A program made the translations under genes and the position numbers. Below are positions 18,145 to 28,260 of a stretch of 64,000 bases of DNA, piece after piece; the first letter of the stretch is position 1, and each line of letters opens with the position of its first letter. The notes below the pieces were generated by a model. The model was not told the DNA's origin. It searched no databases and worked only from the letters and a program-made list of their open reading frames with translations. The stretch lies in contig JADFIH010000001.1 in NCBI GenBank assembly GCA_022566715.1, forward strand, positions 2,420-66,419. Reading direction: 5' to 3'. Source of the DNA: Pseudomonadota bacterium (GTDB lineage: Bacteria; Pseudomonadota; Alphaproteobacteria; SHVP01).

Positions 18145-18155
18145 GATTAATCGCC

Positions 18156-19793
18156 TCAAGTATCGGTGGTGGAAACAAGCCGCTCGTAGGCCGGCAGCGT
18201 CAGAAATTCGGCGAGCTCGGGCTCGAAGATCAGGGTCTCGAACAGTTCGCTGGCGTCTTTTAGGTGCCCCTCGCCAAACACCCCTTGGGGACTACTCGAG
18301 ACCTTCTCGAGCTCCTCGCCCAAGACCTTGCGGATCAGGTCCTCGTCGATCACCCGTCCATCGTCGAGCTTCGCCCCATGGTGGCGCCACTGCCAGACCT
18401 GGGTGCGGGAGATTTCGGCGGTCGCCGCGTCCTCCATCAGGTTGTTGAGGGGGACGCAGCCCGACCCGGCGAGCCAGGCGGCGGTGTACTGAATGCCGAC
18501 GTTGAGGTTCAGACGCAGGCCGGCCTCGGTGATGTCGCCCTCGGGCACCGCGAGCAGGTCCGCCGCCTTCACGTCGACATCCTGACGCACGCGCGCCAAC
18601 TGATTCGCCTCGGGCATTTTTTCGTCGAAGATGGCCATGGCAAGGGGCACCAGACCGGGATGGGCGACCCAGGTGCCGTCGTGGCCGTCGCCGGCTTCGC
18701 GCTCCTTGTCGGCGCGCACCTTCGCAAGCGCCTCCTCGTTGGCGTCGGGGTCGTTCTTGATGGGAATCTGCGCCGCCATGCCGCCGATGGCGTGCGCGCC
18801 GCGGTGGTGGCAGGTCTTGATCGCCAACAAGCTGTAGGACCGCAGGAAATGCCGCGTCATGGTGATGGCGCCGCGGTCCGGCAGCACGAAGTCCGGGTTA
18901 TTCCGGAAGCGCTTGATGAAGCTGAAGATGTAGTCCCAGCGCCCACAGTTGAGCCCGGCGATGTGGTCGCGCAGCTCGTACAGAATTTCGTCCATCTCGA
19001 AGGCCGCGAGAATGGTCTCGATGAGGACGGTGGCCCTGATGGTTCCCGTGGGCAGGCCCAGGGTCGCCTGCGCCGATTCAAAGACGTCGTTCCACAAACG
19101 CGCTTCCAGGTGGCTCTCGATCTTCGGCAGGTAGAAGTAGGGACCCGTTCCCTTATCCAGCGCCGCGCGCGCGTTGTGGAAGAAATACAGCGCGAAATCG
19201 AACAGCGCCGCCGACACCGGCGCGCCGTCCACCCGCATGTGAACCTCTTCGAGGTGCCAGCCCCGCGGCCGGACGATGAGAACCGCGGTTTTTTCGGCGA
19301 GCTCGTAGTGCTTGCCGGATTTCGGATCGTCGAAGCTGATGTCGCCCCGAACCGCATCGCGCAGGTTGATTTGCCCCTCGACGATGTTGCGCCAAGTCGG
19401 CGACAGCGAGTCCTCGAGGTCGGCCATGAAGACCTTGGCGCCCGAATTCAGCGCGTTGATGATCATTTTTCGCTCGACCGGCCCGGTGATCTCCACCCGG
19501 CGGTCCCGCAGGTCCTTCGGGGCCGGCGCGACCTTCCAGTCGCCGGCGCGAACGTCGGCGGTGGAGGCGAGGAAATCCGGCTTGGCCCCCTGGTCCAAGC
19601 GGGCTTGAATCTCCTGGCGGCGTTCGAGCAGCTTTTTGCGTTGGGCGCCGAATTGCCGTTCGAGGTCGGCGACGAAGCCAAGCGCCTCGGGCGTAAGGAT
19701 CTGATCGCCGCCCGGCGGCAGGTCGCCAACGAGTTCGACCCCGTTGCTCGGGTTGGGATTCTTGGGGTCCATCAGCTTGGTCTCAATGCTCAT
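18156..19793 (-). CDS. aceB: malate synthase A
   Basis: Collinear with E. coli AceB ([58 protein letters not shown]). Start [10 protein letters not shown]. Confidence 0.9.
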   Translation of the reverse strand: MSIETKLMDPKNPNPSNGVELVGDLPPGGDQILTPEALGFVADLERQFGAQRKKLLERRQEIQARLDQGAKPDFLASTADVRAGDWKVAPAPKDLRDRRVEITGPVERKMIINALNSGAKVFMADLEDSLSPTWRNIVEGQINLRDAVRGDISFDDPKSGKHYELAEKTAVLIVRPRGWHLEEVHMRVDGAPVSAALFDFALYFFHNARAALDKGTGPYFYLPKIESHLEARLWNDVFESAQATLGLPTGTIRATVLIETILAAFEMDEILYELRDHIAGLNCGRWDYIFSFIKRFRNNPDFVLPDRGAITMTRHFLRSYSLLAIKTCHHRGAHAIGGMAAQIPIKNDPDANEEALAKVRADKEREAGDGHDGTWVAHPGLVPLAMAIFDEKMPEANQLARVRQDVDVKAADLLAVPEGDITEAGLRLNLNVGIQYTAAWLAGSGCVPLNNLMEDAATAEISRTQVWQWRHHGAKLDDGRVIDEDLIRKVLGEELEKVSSSPQGVFGEGHLKDASELFETLIFEPELAEFLTLPAYERLVSTTDT

Positions 19794-20027
19794 TCCCTGC
19801 CTCATTCGCGTGGTTCCGTGGCCCGGAACGAAGCGAAAGACCCGTTCCGGATGGATGTCCGGGCTACGGATACGACCCACTAGACCGGCGCGGCAGGCCG
19901 GTCTCAAGTGACGGATCGGGGCTAAGCACCTTGTCCGCAGCCTCGCCATAAGGGTAACCCGGTTACCAAAGATGAGATAGCCGGGGCCCAACGCCTGTCG
20001 GGCCACGAAGCCGCCCGACCGGCCCAT

Positions 20028-20260
20028 TTCGGGCCACGGGTGGCGGAAATCTTGGGTTTAGCGCCGCCTTCCGTCCTCCCAATCTCCACGGAGGCAACAG
20101 ACCAGCCTCCACGAACCTTATCCATATTGACAAACTATCGAGAGAAGTCCGCAATGCATTGAAAGTAAAAGAGTTATGTTGTATATATTGCAAATCTATT
20201 ATTAGAGATTTTGTAAAATTTGTAAAGTTCGAGGGCGCGACCGTGGCGGATAAGAAAGCG
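20028..20260. promoter_or_regulatory. divergent aceBA / regulator promoter region with AT-rich TTTG(C/T)AAA operator-like motifs
   Basis: A roughly 100-bp AT-rich tract in a 65% GC genome. Contains TTGCAAA, TTTGTAAAA, TTTGTAAAG and the imperfect palindrome CAAATCTATTATTAGAGATTTTG. These resemble RamB/ScfR-type boxes. Confidence 0.5.
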
Positions 20261-21670
20261 ATGCTTGGCCATAAAATCCGCCGCTTTCGGCAGGATCTGG
20301 GCCTGAACCAATCGGAACTGGCCGAACAGCTCGAGATATCGCCAAGCTATCTCAACCTGATCGAGCACAACCAGCGCCCGGTCACCGTGCCGCTGCTGTT
20401 CCGGCTCAGTCAGTCCTTCGATATCGACCTGCGCGAGTTCGCGGAGGATGAGGAGGCGCGTCACGCGGTGGGCCTGGCGGAGGTGTTCGGCGACCCCCTG
20501 TTCGAGGGGCAGGCGCCGGGCCAGCAGGACATCCGCGCGGTGGCGGCGGCCAGCCCCGCGGCCGCCCGCTCGGTGATTACGCTTTACAACGCCTATCGGT
20601 CGATCCGCGAGGACGCCCAGGCGCTGGCCCACCAACTGGCCGACGACGACGCACTCCAAGCGCTCGGTCAGCGCGGCCAGCCCTTGCAAGAGGTCCGCGA
20701 TTATCAGGAATCGCGCTCCAACCATTTCCCGGAACTCGAGACGGCGGCGGAAGAACTTCGCGGCGGATCGCAGGACGACCTCTATCAAGGCTTGGTGGAC
20801 CATTTGCGGCAAGTCCACGGCCTCGGCGTCAAGATCATGCCCGTCGACGTGCTCCAGGACACGATACGGCGTCACGACCAGCACCGCCGGCGCGTACTGC
20901 TGTCGGAGATCCTGCCGCCCTCGGGCCGCATCTTCCATCTGGCGGCGCAGATCGCGCTTCTGGACCACAGCGACATGCTGGACCGCATCGGCGAGGGTGC
21001 CGATTTCACCAGCGACGATGCCCGCAAGCTGATGCGGGCCGGCCTGTCCAATTACTTCGCGGCGGCCGTGATGATGCCCTACGATGCGTTCCTGACGGCG
21101 GCCCGTGAGCTTCGCTTCGACATCGACATCCTGTGCCGCCGCTTTGGCGCCAGTTTCGAGCAGGTCGCCCACCGGCTGACGACCCTTCAGCGTCCCGCCG
21201 CCCGTGGCATCCCGTTCTTTTTCCTGCGCGTCGATGCCGCCGGCAATGTGTCCAAGCGGCTGTCCGGAGGCGGCTTTCAGTTCGCGCGCTTCGGCGGCGC
21301 CTGCCCGCGCTGGATCGTACACCACGTCTTTCGCAGCCCCGGCGCCATTCGGACGCAGGTGGTCCAGCTGCCTGACGGCGGCGCGTTCTTCACCCTCGCC
21401 CGAACCGTCGATCCCATCGCCGGATGGAGCCAAGGCCCGGGCCCGCAATATGCGATCGGGCTGGGCTGCGATATCAAGGACGCGGGCAAGCTCGTCTATG
21501 CCGACGGCGTGGACCTCAAGAACTTGGACGCGGCAACGCCGATCGGTGTGAGCTGCCGTCTTTGCGAACGCCTGGACTGTAGCCAGCGCGCCTATCCGCC
21601 CATCAACCACCGCCTGAGCATCGAAGATCATATCCGGCGGCTGACGCCCTTTACCTTCGCGCAATCGTAG
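20261..21670 (+). CDS. ScfR/RamB-family transcriptional regulator (XRE HTH, ImmA/IrrE-like metallopeptidase-like and DUF2083 domains)
   Basis: N-terminal XRE HTH (LGHKIRRFRQDLGLNQSELAEQLEISPSYLNLIEHNQR). Long C-terminal region typical of short-chain acyl-CoA regulators. Divergent from aceBA. The ORF-track start at 20159 lies in the AT-rich promoter, so ATG 20261 is used (or GTG 20243). Confidence 0.75.
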   Translation: MLGHKIRRFRQDLGLNQSELAEQLEISPSYLNLIEHNQRPVTVPLLFRLSQSFDIDLREFAEDEEARHAVGLAEVFGDPLFEGQAPGQQDIRAVAAASPAAARSVITLYNAYRSIREDAQALAHQLADDDALQALGQRGQPLQEVRDYQESRSNHFPELETAAEELRGGSQDDLYQGLVDHLRQVHGLGVKIMPVDVLQDTIRRHDQHRRRVLLSEILPPSGRIFHLAAQIALLDHSDMLDRIGEGADFTSDDARKLMRAGLSNYFAAAVMMPYDAFLTAARELRFDIDILCRRFGASFEQVAHRLTTLQRPAARGIPFFFLRVDAAGNVSKRLSGGGFQFARFGGACPRWIVHHVFRSPGAIRTQVVQLPDGGAFFTLARTVDPIAGWSQGPGPQYAIGLGCDIKDAGKLVYADGVDLKNLDAATPIGVSCRLCERLDCSQRAYPPINHRLSIEDHIRRLTPFTFAQS

Positions 21671-21788
21671 TTGGGCCTAGTTTGGCCTAGCTGAGCCTAG
21701 CCGAGTCGTGGCCTCACACTTTTTTGTCGCGGCGCGGCCCGTGGCTGGTCTACCCTTGAGCGGCGGGAACCGGACCGGGAGGGTTGTC

Positions 21789-22499
21789 ATGCACAAGTTC
21801 GAGATATTGCCGAACGTGTTGGAGGCGGTGCAGCGCCGGCGCGGGCGTAAGCACGTGTTCGAGGACTTCGAGCCCTCGACAGCCGCGTTGATTGTCGTGG
21901 ACATGCAGAATTTCTTCTGCGCCGAGGGGCAGCTCGGCGCGCTCCCGGTGGCCCGCGAGATCGTTCCCAACATCAACCGTATTGCCGCGGCCATGCGCGC
22001 GGCGGGCGGACGAGTGGTCTGGATAAAAACGACGTTCAGCGAGAAGATCGCGCGATCGTGGTCGACCTTCTTCGATTATTTCAACACGCCGGAAATGCGC
22101 GCCGCCACCATCGGCGGGTTGACCGCGGGAACGGAAGGGCATGACCTCTATGGCGAGCTCGACGTCCTGCCCGAGGATTTGACCGTCGAGAAGAACCGTT
22201 ACAGCGCCTTCATTCAGGGCGCGTCGGACCTGCACGACATTCTTAAGGGCATTGGCGTGGATACCCTTCTGATTACCGGCACGGTCACGACGGTGTGCTG
22301 CGAGTCCACGGCCCGCGACGCCGCCATGCTCAACTACAAGACCATCATGGTTGCGGACGGAACCGCCGCGGCCAGCGACGTCCAGCACAATGTCGCGCTG
22401 AGCAATCTGTTTGGCGGCTTTTGCGATGTGCTCACCACCGGGCAAATTGTCAAGCGACTCGAGTCGGTGGCGGCGCACCGCGCCCGCGCCGCGGAGTAG
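21789..22499 (+). CDS. isochorismatase-family cysteine hydrolase
   Basis: Start MHKFEIL. Motifs ALIVVDMQNFF and LLITGTVTTVCCESTARDA with catalytic Cys. Confidence 0.75.
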   Translation: MHKFEILPNVLEAVQRRRGRKHVFEDFEPSTAALIVVDMQNFFCAEGQLGALPVAREIVPNINRIAAAMRAAGGRVVWIKTTFSEKIARSWSTFFDYFNTPEMRAATIGGLTAGTEGHDLYGELDVLPEDLTVEKNRYSAFIQGASDLHDILKGIGVDTLLITGTVTTVCCESTARDAAMLNYKTIMVADGTAAASDVQHNVALSNLFGGFCDVLTTGQIVKRLESVAAHRARAAE

Positions 22500-22506
22500 G
22501 CGGCCC

Positions 22507-22800
22507 ATGGCGGATCATACCCATGCCCCCGAAGACGGCAGCCGCAACATGGCCTTCTTCGACCGCCGCGTCGACGCGATCCTGTCGTTGATCACGGGGC
22601 AAGGGACCGGCAAATACGATCCCGATCTTCAGCGCCGCGCCATCGAGCACTACAACCGGTTCGAGGATCCCGCGCGCAGCACATCGGAAAGCTGGATACT
22701 GGCGATCAAGGCGCTGACCGTCGAAACCGGCGCACTGAGCGAAACCGAGATCGAGGAAAAACTCGCGGCGGTGCGCCAAGCGCTCGAATCCGCCACCTGA
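22507..22800 (+). CDS. small conserved hypothetical protein, nitrile-hydratase beta-subunit/accessory-like fold
   Basis: 97 aa. ESWILAIKALTVETGALSETEIEEKL resembles the NHase-beta N-terminal helix region. No NHase genes nearby. Confidence 0.4.
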   Translation: MADHTHAPEDGSRNMAFFDRRVDAILSLITGQGTGKYDPDLQRRAIEHYNRFEDPARSTSESWILAIKALTVETGALSETEIEEKLAAVRQALESAT

Positions 22801-22815
22801 CGCCGAGGGTAATCT

Positions 22816-23820
22816 CTAGCGGTAGGGATCGTCCGTGGCGAGGTACTTACGGACGTAATCGGCCACGCCGTCCTCCAAGGACGTGAAGGGCTTGGCGTAC
22901 CCCGCCGCGCGCAACCGCTCCATGCGGGCCTCGGTGAAATATTGGTATTTATCCCGAAGCCCCGGCGGCGTGTCGACAAACTCGATATTTGGGTCGCGGC
23001 CCAGCGCCGCATAGACCGCGTTGGCGAGATCGAGGAACGTGCGCGACTGCCCGGTCCCCATGTTGAAAAGGCCGCTTACACCGGGATGGTCGAGCAGCCA
23101 AAGCACCACATCAACGCAATCGGCCACGTAAACGAAGTCGCGCCGTTGGCCGCCGTCCGGATAGTCCGGATGATGCGATTTGAATAGGCGCATGGGCTCG
23201 CCCGCCATCGCACGCTCGAATATCTGTATCGCGACGCTGCGCTGCGATCCCTTGTGGTATTCGTTCGGCCCGTAGACGTTGAAGAACTTGAGTCCGGCCC
23301 ATTGCGGGGGCCTGTCGAGCCCACGGCGCAATTTTTCCACCCGCCGGTCGAACTGGTGTTTGCTCCAGCCATAGGCGTTCAAGGGGCGCAGGCGGGCAAG
23401 ATCGTCCGCCGTGAACGCATCGTCGAATCCTTGGCCGCCATCGCCATAGGTCGCCGCCGACGAGGCGTAAATGAAGCGCACCCCATGGCGCGCGCACCAC
23501 GTCCAGAGGTCCAGCGGAAGGCGCACGTTCGTATCATAGATGAGGTCCGCGTCGGTTTCGGTCGTCGAACTGATGGCGCCCATATGAACGACGGCATCGA
23601 CGGGGTGCGAGAAAATCCAGGCCGAACGGGTCAGGCCGTTGAGATAGTCGAACAGGCGCGCGGGCGCGATCAGGTCGGCGATGTTGTGCTTGGCGATGTT
23701 GCGCCACTTGTCGCCGGCGCCGAGCGTGTCGCACACGACGACCCGGTCCCGCCCCTGGCCGGTCAGCGCGCCGACGATGTTGGAGCCGATGAACCCGGCG
23801 CCGCCGGTGACGATGATCAT
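22816..23820 (-). CDS. hldD: ADP-L-glycero-D-manno-heptose 6-epimerase
   Basis: MIIVTGGAGFIGSN Rossmann motif, YxxxK motif, and length all match HldD/RfaD. Confidence 0.85.
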   Translation of the reverse strand: MIIVTGGAGFIGSNIVGALTGQGRDRVVVCDTLGAGDKWRNIAKHNIADLIAPARLFDYLNGLTRSAWIFSHPVDAVVHMGAISSTTETDADLIYDTNVRLPLDLWTWCARHGVRFIYASSAATYGDGGQGFDDAFTADDLARLRPLNAYGWSKHQFDRRVEKLRRGLDRPPQWAGLKFFNVYGPNEYHKGSQRSVAIQIFERAMAGEPMRLFKSHHPDYPDGGQRRDFVYVADCVDVVLWLLDHPGVSGLFNMGTGQSRTFLDLANAVYAALGRDPNIEFVDTPPGLRDKYQYFTEARMERLRAAGYAKPFTSLEDGVADYVRKYLATDDPYR

Positions 23821-23829
23821 GCCGCCCGG

Positions 23830-25302
23830 TCAACCAGAGGTTCGGGCCGTCATTCGGGCGATCGTATCGGTCGTCGAGTGTCCGGGCATGATTTCGGCCA
23901 GCAGAACCTTGCCACCGTAACCCTGCACGATATCGGCCCCCACGACATCATCGACGCTGTAGTCGGCGCCCTTCACGAGCACGTCCGGCCGGATCGCCTC
24001 GATAAGGGCCTGTGGCGTGTCCTCGGCGAACACGACAACCAGATCAACGCCACTCAACGAGGCCAAAACGAGCGAGCGCGACGCCTCCGGCTGAAGCGGG
24101 CGGCCTTCGCCCTTAAGCCGTTGCACCGACTCGTCGCTGTTGAGGCCGACGACCAAGCGGTCGCAGGCGGCCTTTGCTTGGGCAAGAAGAGAGACGTGCC
24201 CCGCGTGGACGAGGTCGAAGCAGCCGTTGGTGAAGCCGATGCGGTCGCCGCGGGCGCGCCAACGCTGAATGATGTCGAGGGCGGGCGCGCGGGTCTTGAC
24301 CTTGGCGTCGCTGGCGAGGACATCGGCGCTGTGCAGCGCCTCGGCAAGATCGTCCGTGCGAACCACGGCGGTGCCGACTTTGGCGACGACGATGCCCGCC
24401 GCCGCGTTCGCGAGGTGTGCGGCGTCGAGGGGCGAAGCGCCGGCAGCGCCGGCGAGCGCAAAGGCGGCAAGCACCGTGTCACCGGCGCCTGACACATCGA
24501 AGACCTCGCGCGCCTGCACGGGAACGTGGTGGGCGCCATCCGCCGTGATCAGGCTCAACCCGCTGGCGCCACGCGTGACAAGAAGCGAGGCGACACCACA
24601 GGAGTCGATGATCGTGCGCGCCGCCTGCTCGACGTCGGCGTCCTCTTCGCACGAAAGCCCGGTCGCCCCCTCCAACTCCGCCCGGTTGGGGGAGACCACG
24701 GCGGCGCCGCGATAGCGCCCATAATCACGGCCTGAAGGATCGACGATAACCGGGACACCCGCGGCCCCCGCCTTTTCCATGACTTCGGCAAGAACCGCAT
24801 CTGTCAGCGCGCCCTTACCGTAGTCGGACACCACCACCGCATTCGCCTCACCGATCACCCGGCCCACCGCGGCGCGCAGCTCGGCTTCCGTTGCGGCGGC
24901 GACCGGCGCCGTATCCTCGTAATCGGCGCGCAAGAGTTGCTGACCCGCGGCGACATAGCGCGTCTTGACCGTCGTCGGGCGCGCGGCATCGGTGACGAGC
25001 GTGCTTTCGACTCCGTCCGTGTCATCGAGCAAGGCCCCCAACTCGCGCGCCGCGCCGTCGTCCCCGACGACGCCGAGAAGACGCGCCTGGCCGCCCAGGC
25101 TGGCGACATTGACCGCGACATTACCGGCGCCCCCGGGCATGGCGGTCTCACGGGCCACCTTGAGCACGGGGATGGGCGCCTCGGGCGAGATGCGCTCCAC
25201 CGAACCGGCGACGAAGCGGTCCAACATCACGTCGCCCACGCACGCGATGCGGCCACGGGGGAAGTCCCCGAGGTACCTGGCGAGATGGCTTTGATCGCTC
25301 AT
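23830..25302 (-). CDS. hldE: bifunctional D-glycero-beta-D-manno-heptose-7-phosphate kinase / heptose-1-phosphate adenylyltransferase
   Basis: N-terminal ribokinase-like domain (GDVMLDRF, DVSGAGDT) plus C-terminal cytidylyltransferase domain (FTNGCFDLVHAGH). Confidence 0.9.
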   Translation of the reverse strand: MSDQSHLARYLGDFPRGRIACVGDVMLDRFVAGSVERISPEAPIPVLKVARETAMPGGAGNVAVNVASLGGQARLLGVVGDDGAARELGALLDDTDGVESTLVTDAARPTTVKTRYVAAGQQLLRADYEDTAPVAAATEAELRAAVGRVIGEANAVVVSDYGKGALTDAVLAEVMEKAGAAGVPVIVDPSGRDYGRYRGAAVVSPNRAELEGATGLSCEEDADVEQAARTIIDSCGVASLLVTRGASGLSLITADGAHHVPVQAREVFDVSGAGDTVLAAFALAGAAGASPLDAAHLANAAAGIVVAKVGTAVVRTDDLAEALHSADVLASDAKVKTRAPALDIIQRWRARGDRIGFTNGCFDLVHAGHVSLLAQAKAACDRLVVGLNSDESVQRLKGEGRPLQPEASRSLVLASLSGVDLVVVFAEDTPQALIEAIRPDVLVKGADYSVDDVVGADIVQGYGGKVLLAEIMPGHSTTDTIARMTARTSG

Positions 25303-25350
25303 TTGGGGCGGTTTATCCGCGCCACGCGACCGGGACCGGGGCCGGGGCCG

Positions 25351-25953
25351 TTATTGCGGCGAGCGCTTGGCAAGAATTCGCTGCAGAGTACGGCGGTGCA
25401 TATTGAGGCGGCGCGCCGTCTCCGAAACGTTGCGGTCGCACAACTCGTAAACGCGTTGGATATGCTCCCAACGCACGCGGTCGGCCGACATTGGACGTTC
25501 GGGCGGCGGCGGCTTGGTCCCGGCGCTCGCAAGCAGGGCGGCCTCGACGGCATCGGCATCCGTCGGCTTGGCCAGATAATCCACCGCGCCGGCCTTTACG
25601 GCAGCGACCGCGGTTGCGATGTTCCCATAGCCCGTGAGCATGATGATGCGCATATCGTTGCGCAGGTTTCGCAGCACGGGCACCACGTCGAGCCCGTTGC
25701 CGTCATCGAGCCGCATGTCGAGAACGGCATAGGCGGGCGCTTGATCCGTCGCCAGCGCGACCGCCTCCGCGATGGTGGGAGCGGTGCGCACGGAAAAGCC
25801 CCGTTGCTCCATCGCCCGCCCCAGGCGGTTCAGGAACGGCAGATCGTCATCGACAAGAAGAAGAGAGCGGTCCTCGGGGTCCGCGGCCGCGCCACCCTCC
25901 GGCGTGCCGTCCATCTCGTCCTTTTCTCCCTCGGCGATCGTCATGCGTGACCC
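25351..25953 (-). CDS. regA: redox response regulator RegA/PrrA/ActR
   Basis: Receiver domain plus the invariant HTH NVSETARRLNMHRRTLQRILAKRSP, nearly identical to Rhodobacter RegA. Start MTIAEGEK at 25953. Confidence 0.9.
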   Translation of the reverse strand, partial: GSRMTIAEGEKDEMDGTPEGGAAADPEDRSLLLVDDDLPFLNRLGRAMEQRGFSVRTAPTIAEAVALATDQAPAYAVLDMRLDDGNGLDVVPVLRNLRNDMRIIMLTGYGNIATAVAAVKAGAVDYLAKPTDADAVEAALLASAGTKPPPPERPMSADRVRWEHIQRVYELCDRNVSETARRLNMHRRTLQRILAKRSPQ

Positions 25954-25963
25954 GTTCCCGGGG

Positions 25964-27352
25964 CTAGACCTCATCCTGCTCCAGTATGGCACGCGGCCAC
26001 GTGATCGCAACCCTGGCCCCGCCGCCGCCCCGGTTGCTGAAGACCACGCGGGCCCCGGTATGCTCCAGCAAGGTCTTGGCGATGAAGACGCCAAGACCCA
26101 TTCCATCCGCCTCGCGCCGCGTCGTGACATAGGGCTCGCCGAGGGCGCCGAGAATTCCCCGGTCGAATCCGGGACCGTCATCTTCCAGTTCGATGCTGAT
26201 TTCGTTGTCGGTCCACCCGACCCGCAGGGCGACCCGGCTCTCGGCGAAATCGACCGCGTTCTCGATCAGGTTGCCAAGGCCGTGCAATATCTCCGGATTT
26301 CGCGCCACAACCGGTTGCGCCCCCTCGGATGCGCCGCCGTCACCCGTTGCGCCGGTCCGGTTCGCGGGATCGACTTCGACCGACAATTCGACCCCGTCCT
26401 TGCGGTGGGGCGCCGCGCTCGCCTCGGCGAGTGCGCTTAAGGGCATGCGATTGAACGGCGAGTCGCCATAGTCGCCCCCTTCGGGCCGCTGCGACAACTC
26501 TCTCAGAATATCGCGGCAGCGGTCGCTCTGGGTGATCAATAGGTCCACGTCGCCGGCCAGCGGGCTTCCCTCGGGGAGTTCGCGGCTCAGTTCCTTGGCG
26601 ACCAAGGCGATGGTGCCGAGCGGCGTTCCCAGTTCGTGGGCGGCGGCGGCGGCCAGTCCGCCCACCGCCGAGAGACGTTGCTCGCGCGCCAACGCCATTT
26701 GGGTCTCGGTCAGGGCATCGGACATGCGCCGGCTTTCTGCCGCGATGCGAAAGGCGTAAACCGTGATGAAGATCATGCTGAGCGCAAGCGCCGACCAGAT
26801 GCCGAAGATGTAACGCTCGGAAATGGCGAAGCCGCCCTCGTCCCACGGGAGCGGCAGATGGAAGAAGGAAAGAATGGTGAGGCTGACGAGGGTCACCGCG
26901 CCGAGCCAGATCGTGCTGCGTAGGCTAAGCGTGGTGGCCGCGATGATCGCCGGCACGAGAACCAGAATGGAGAACGGGTTTTGCACGCCGCCCGTGAGGA
27001 ACAACAGCACCGCGAGCTGAAGGGTGTCGAAGGCGAGGTACAACGCGGCTTCCGAATCGCTCAACCGGGTCGACGCCGGATAGCGCGCGGCGAGGAAGAT
27101 ATTGACGATGGCCGACGCCGCGACCACCGCCAGCACCAGCGCCAACTGCATGTCGAAGCCAAAACCAAACCGCACCACGAGTATGGCCGCCGTCTGACCG
27201 GCAATGGCGACCCAGCGGATCAGGACGAGTGTCTGTAGCCGCACCCGGCCCTTGGTCACCCGGCCCTTTCCTACTCGGCCATTTTCCCCTTGCCCATTTT
27301 TCATTTGATTGGACCCGCGTGCGTCGGCGGGAAGGTCGCGTTCCCTCATCAT
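25964..27352 (-). CDS. regB: redox sensor histidine kinase RegB/PrrB/ActS
   Basis: Six TM segments, H-box AAAAHELGTPLGTI, HATPase_c domain. Immediately upstream of regA. Confidence 0.85.
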   Translation of the reverse strand: MMRERDLPADARGSNQMKNGQGENGRVGKGRVTKGRVRLQTLVLIRWVAIAGQTAAILVVRFGFGFDMQLALVLAVVAASAIVNIFLAARYPASTRLSDSEAALYLAFDTLQLAVLLFLTGGVQNPFSILVLVPAIIAATTLSLRSTIWLGAVTLVSLTILSFFHLPLPWDEGGFAISERYIFGIWSALALSMIFITVYAFRIAAESRRMSDALTETQMALAREQRLSAVGGLAAAAAHELGTPLGTIALVAKELSRELPEGSPLAGDVDLLITQSDRCRDILRELSQRPEGGDYGDSPFNRMPLSALAEASAAPHRKDGVELSVEVDPANRTGATGDGGASEGAQPVVARNPEILHGLGNLIENAVDFAESRVALRVGWTDNEISIELEDDGPGFDRGILGALGEPYVTTRREADGMGLGVFIAKTLLEHTGARVVFSNRGGGGARVAITWPRAILEQDEV

Positions 27353-27466
27353 GCCACCGCGCCGGCCGGGTTCGTGCCCCGCGCCTCACGTGCCTGAGTC
27401 TAGCGAACAAGCGCGGCGCCTGGGAAAAAACTGGCCTTCACGCCATGCAATCTCCATATTGGCCGC

Positions 27467-28249
27467 ATGCACGAGAGCGCAACCCGGGCCGCGATTTCGG
27501 TCGAGAACCTCACCAAGCGCTACGAAAAGGTATTGGCGATTCAATCGCTTACCTTCGACGTTGCGGCGGGGACCACGACCGCCTTGTTGGGCGGAAACGG
27601 CGCCGGCAAGACCACCACGATCGCCATTCTGCTTGGCGTCCTGCTGCCGACGGAGGGGCGCGTTTCGATCCTTGGCGAGGACATGTTGCGCCACCGCCAC
27701 CGCGTGCTGCCGCGCATGAATTTTTCGTCTCCCTATGTCGACCTGCCGCGCCGCTTGACCGTGGCGGAGAACCTTCGGGTCTATGCACACCTTTACGGCT
27801 TGCGCGATGTCAATCGCCGCCTGCGCGAGTTGGGCGAGGCGCTCGACATCGCCAGCCTGATGAAGCGCCCGCTCGGCAATCTGTCGTCGGGCCAGAAGAC
27901 GCGCGTCGCGCTTGCCAAATCGCTGCTGAACGAACCCGATCTGTTGTTGTTAGATGAGCCGACCGCGTCGCTCGACCCCGACACCGGCGAGTGGGTACGC
28001 GATTACCTTCGCGACTATCAGAAAAAGACGGGGGCGACCATCCTGCTCGCCTCCCACAACATGAGCGAGGTCGAGCGCATGTGCGACGATGTCATCATGT
28101 TGCGCGCGGGAACCTTGGTCGACCGCGGCACGCCCGATGCCTTGATCAAGAAGTACGGCCGCAAGACCCTCGAGGAAGTATTCCTCGACATCGCGCGCGG
28201 AAGGGGCCGGGCGGACGAACCCGGCGCCGTGACCACGGCCGCGCAATAA
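27467..28249 (+). CDS. ABC transporter ATP-binding protein (ABC-2 exporter type)
   Basis: Walker A GGNGAGKTT, signature LSSGQKTRV, Walker B LLLLDEPT. Confidence 0.85.
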   Translation: MHESATRAAISVENLTKRYEKVLAIQSLTFDVAAGTTTALLGGNGAGKTTTIAILLGVLLPTEGRVSILGEDMLRHRHRVLPRMNFSSPYVDLPRRLTVAENLRVYAHLYGLRDVNRRLRELGEALDIASLMKRPLGNLSSGQKTRVALAKSLLNEPDLLLLDEPTASLDPDTGEWVRDYLRDYQKKTGATILLASHNMSEVERMCDDVIMLRAGTLVDRGTPDALIKKYGRKTLEEVFLDIARGRGRADEPGAVTTAAQ

Positions 28250-28260
28250 CCGGCCACCCG

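Noticed and set aside
20159-20260. N-terminal 34 codons (MKVKELCCIYCKSIIRDFVKFVKF...) of the ScfR-like regulator as annotated in the ORF track.
   Set aside because: This stretch is the AT-rich promoter with atypical codon usage. The conserved HTH begins just after ATG 20261.
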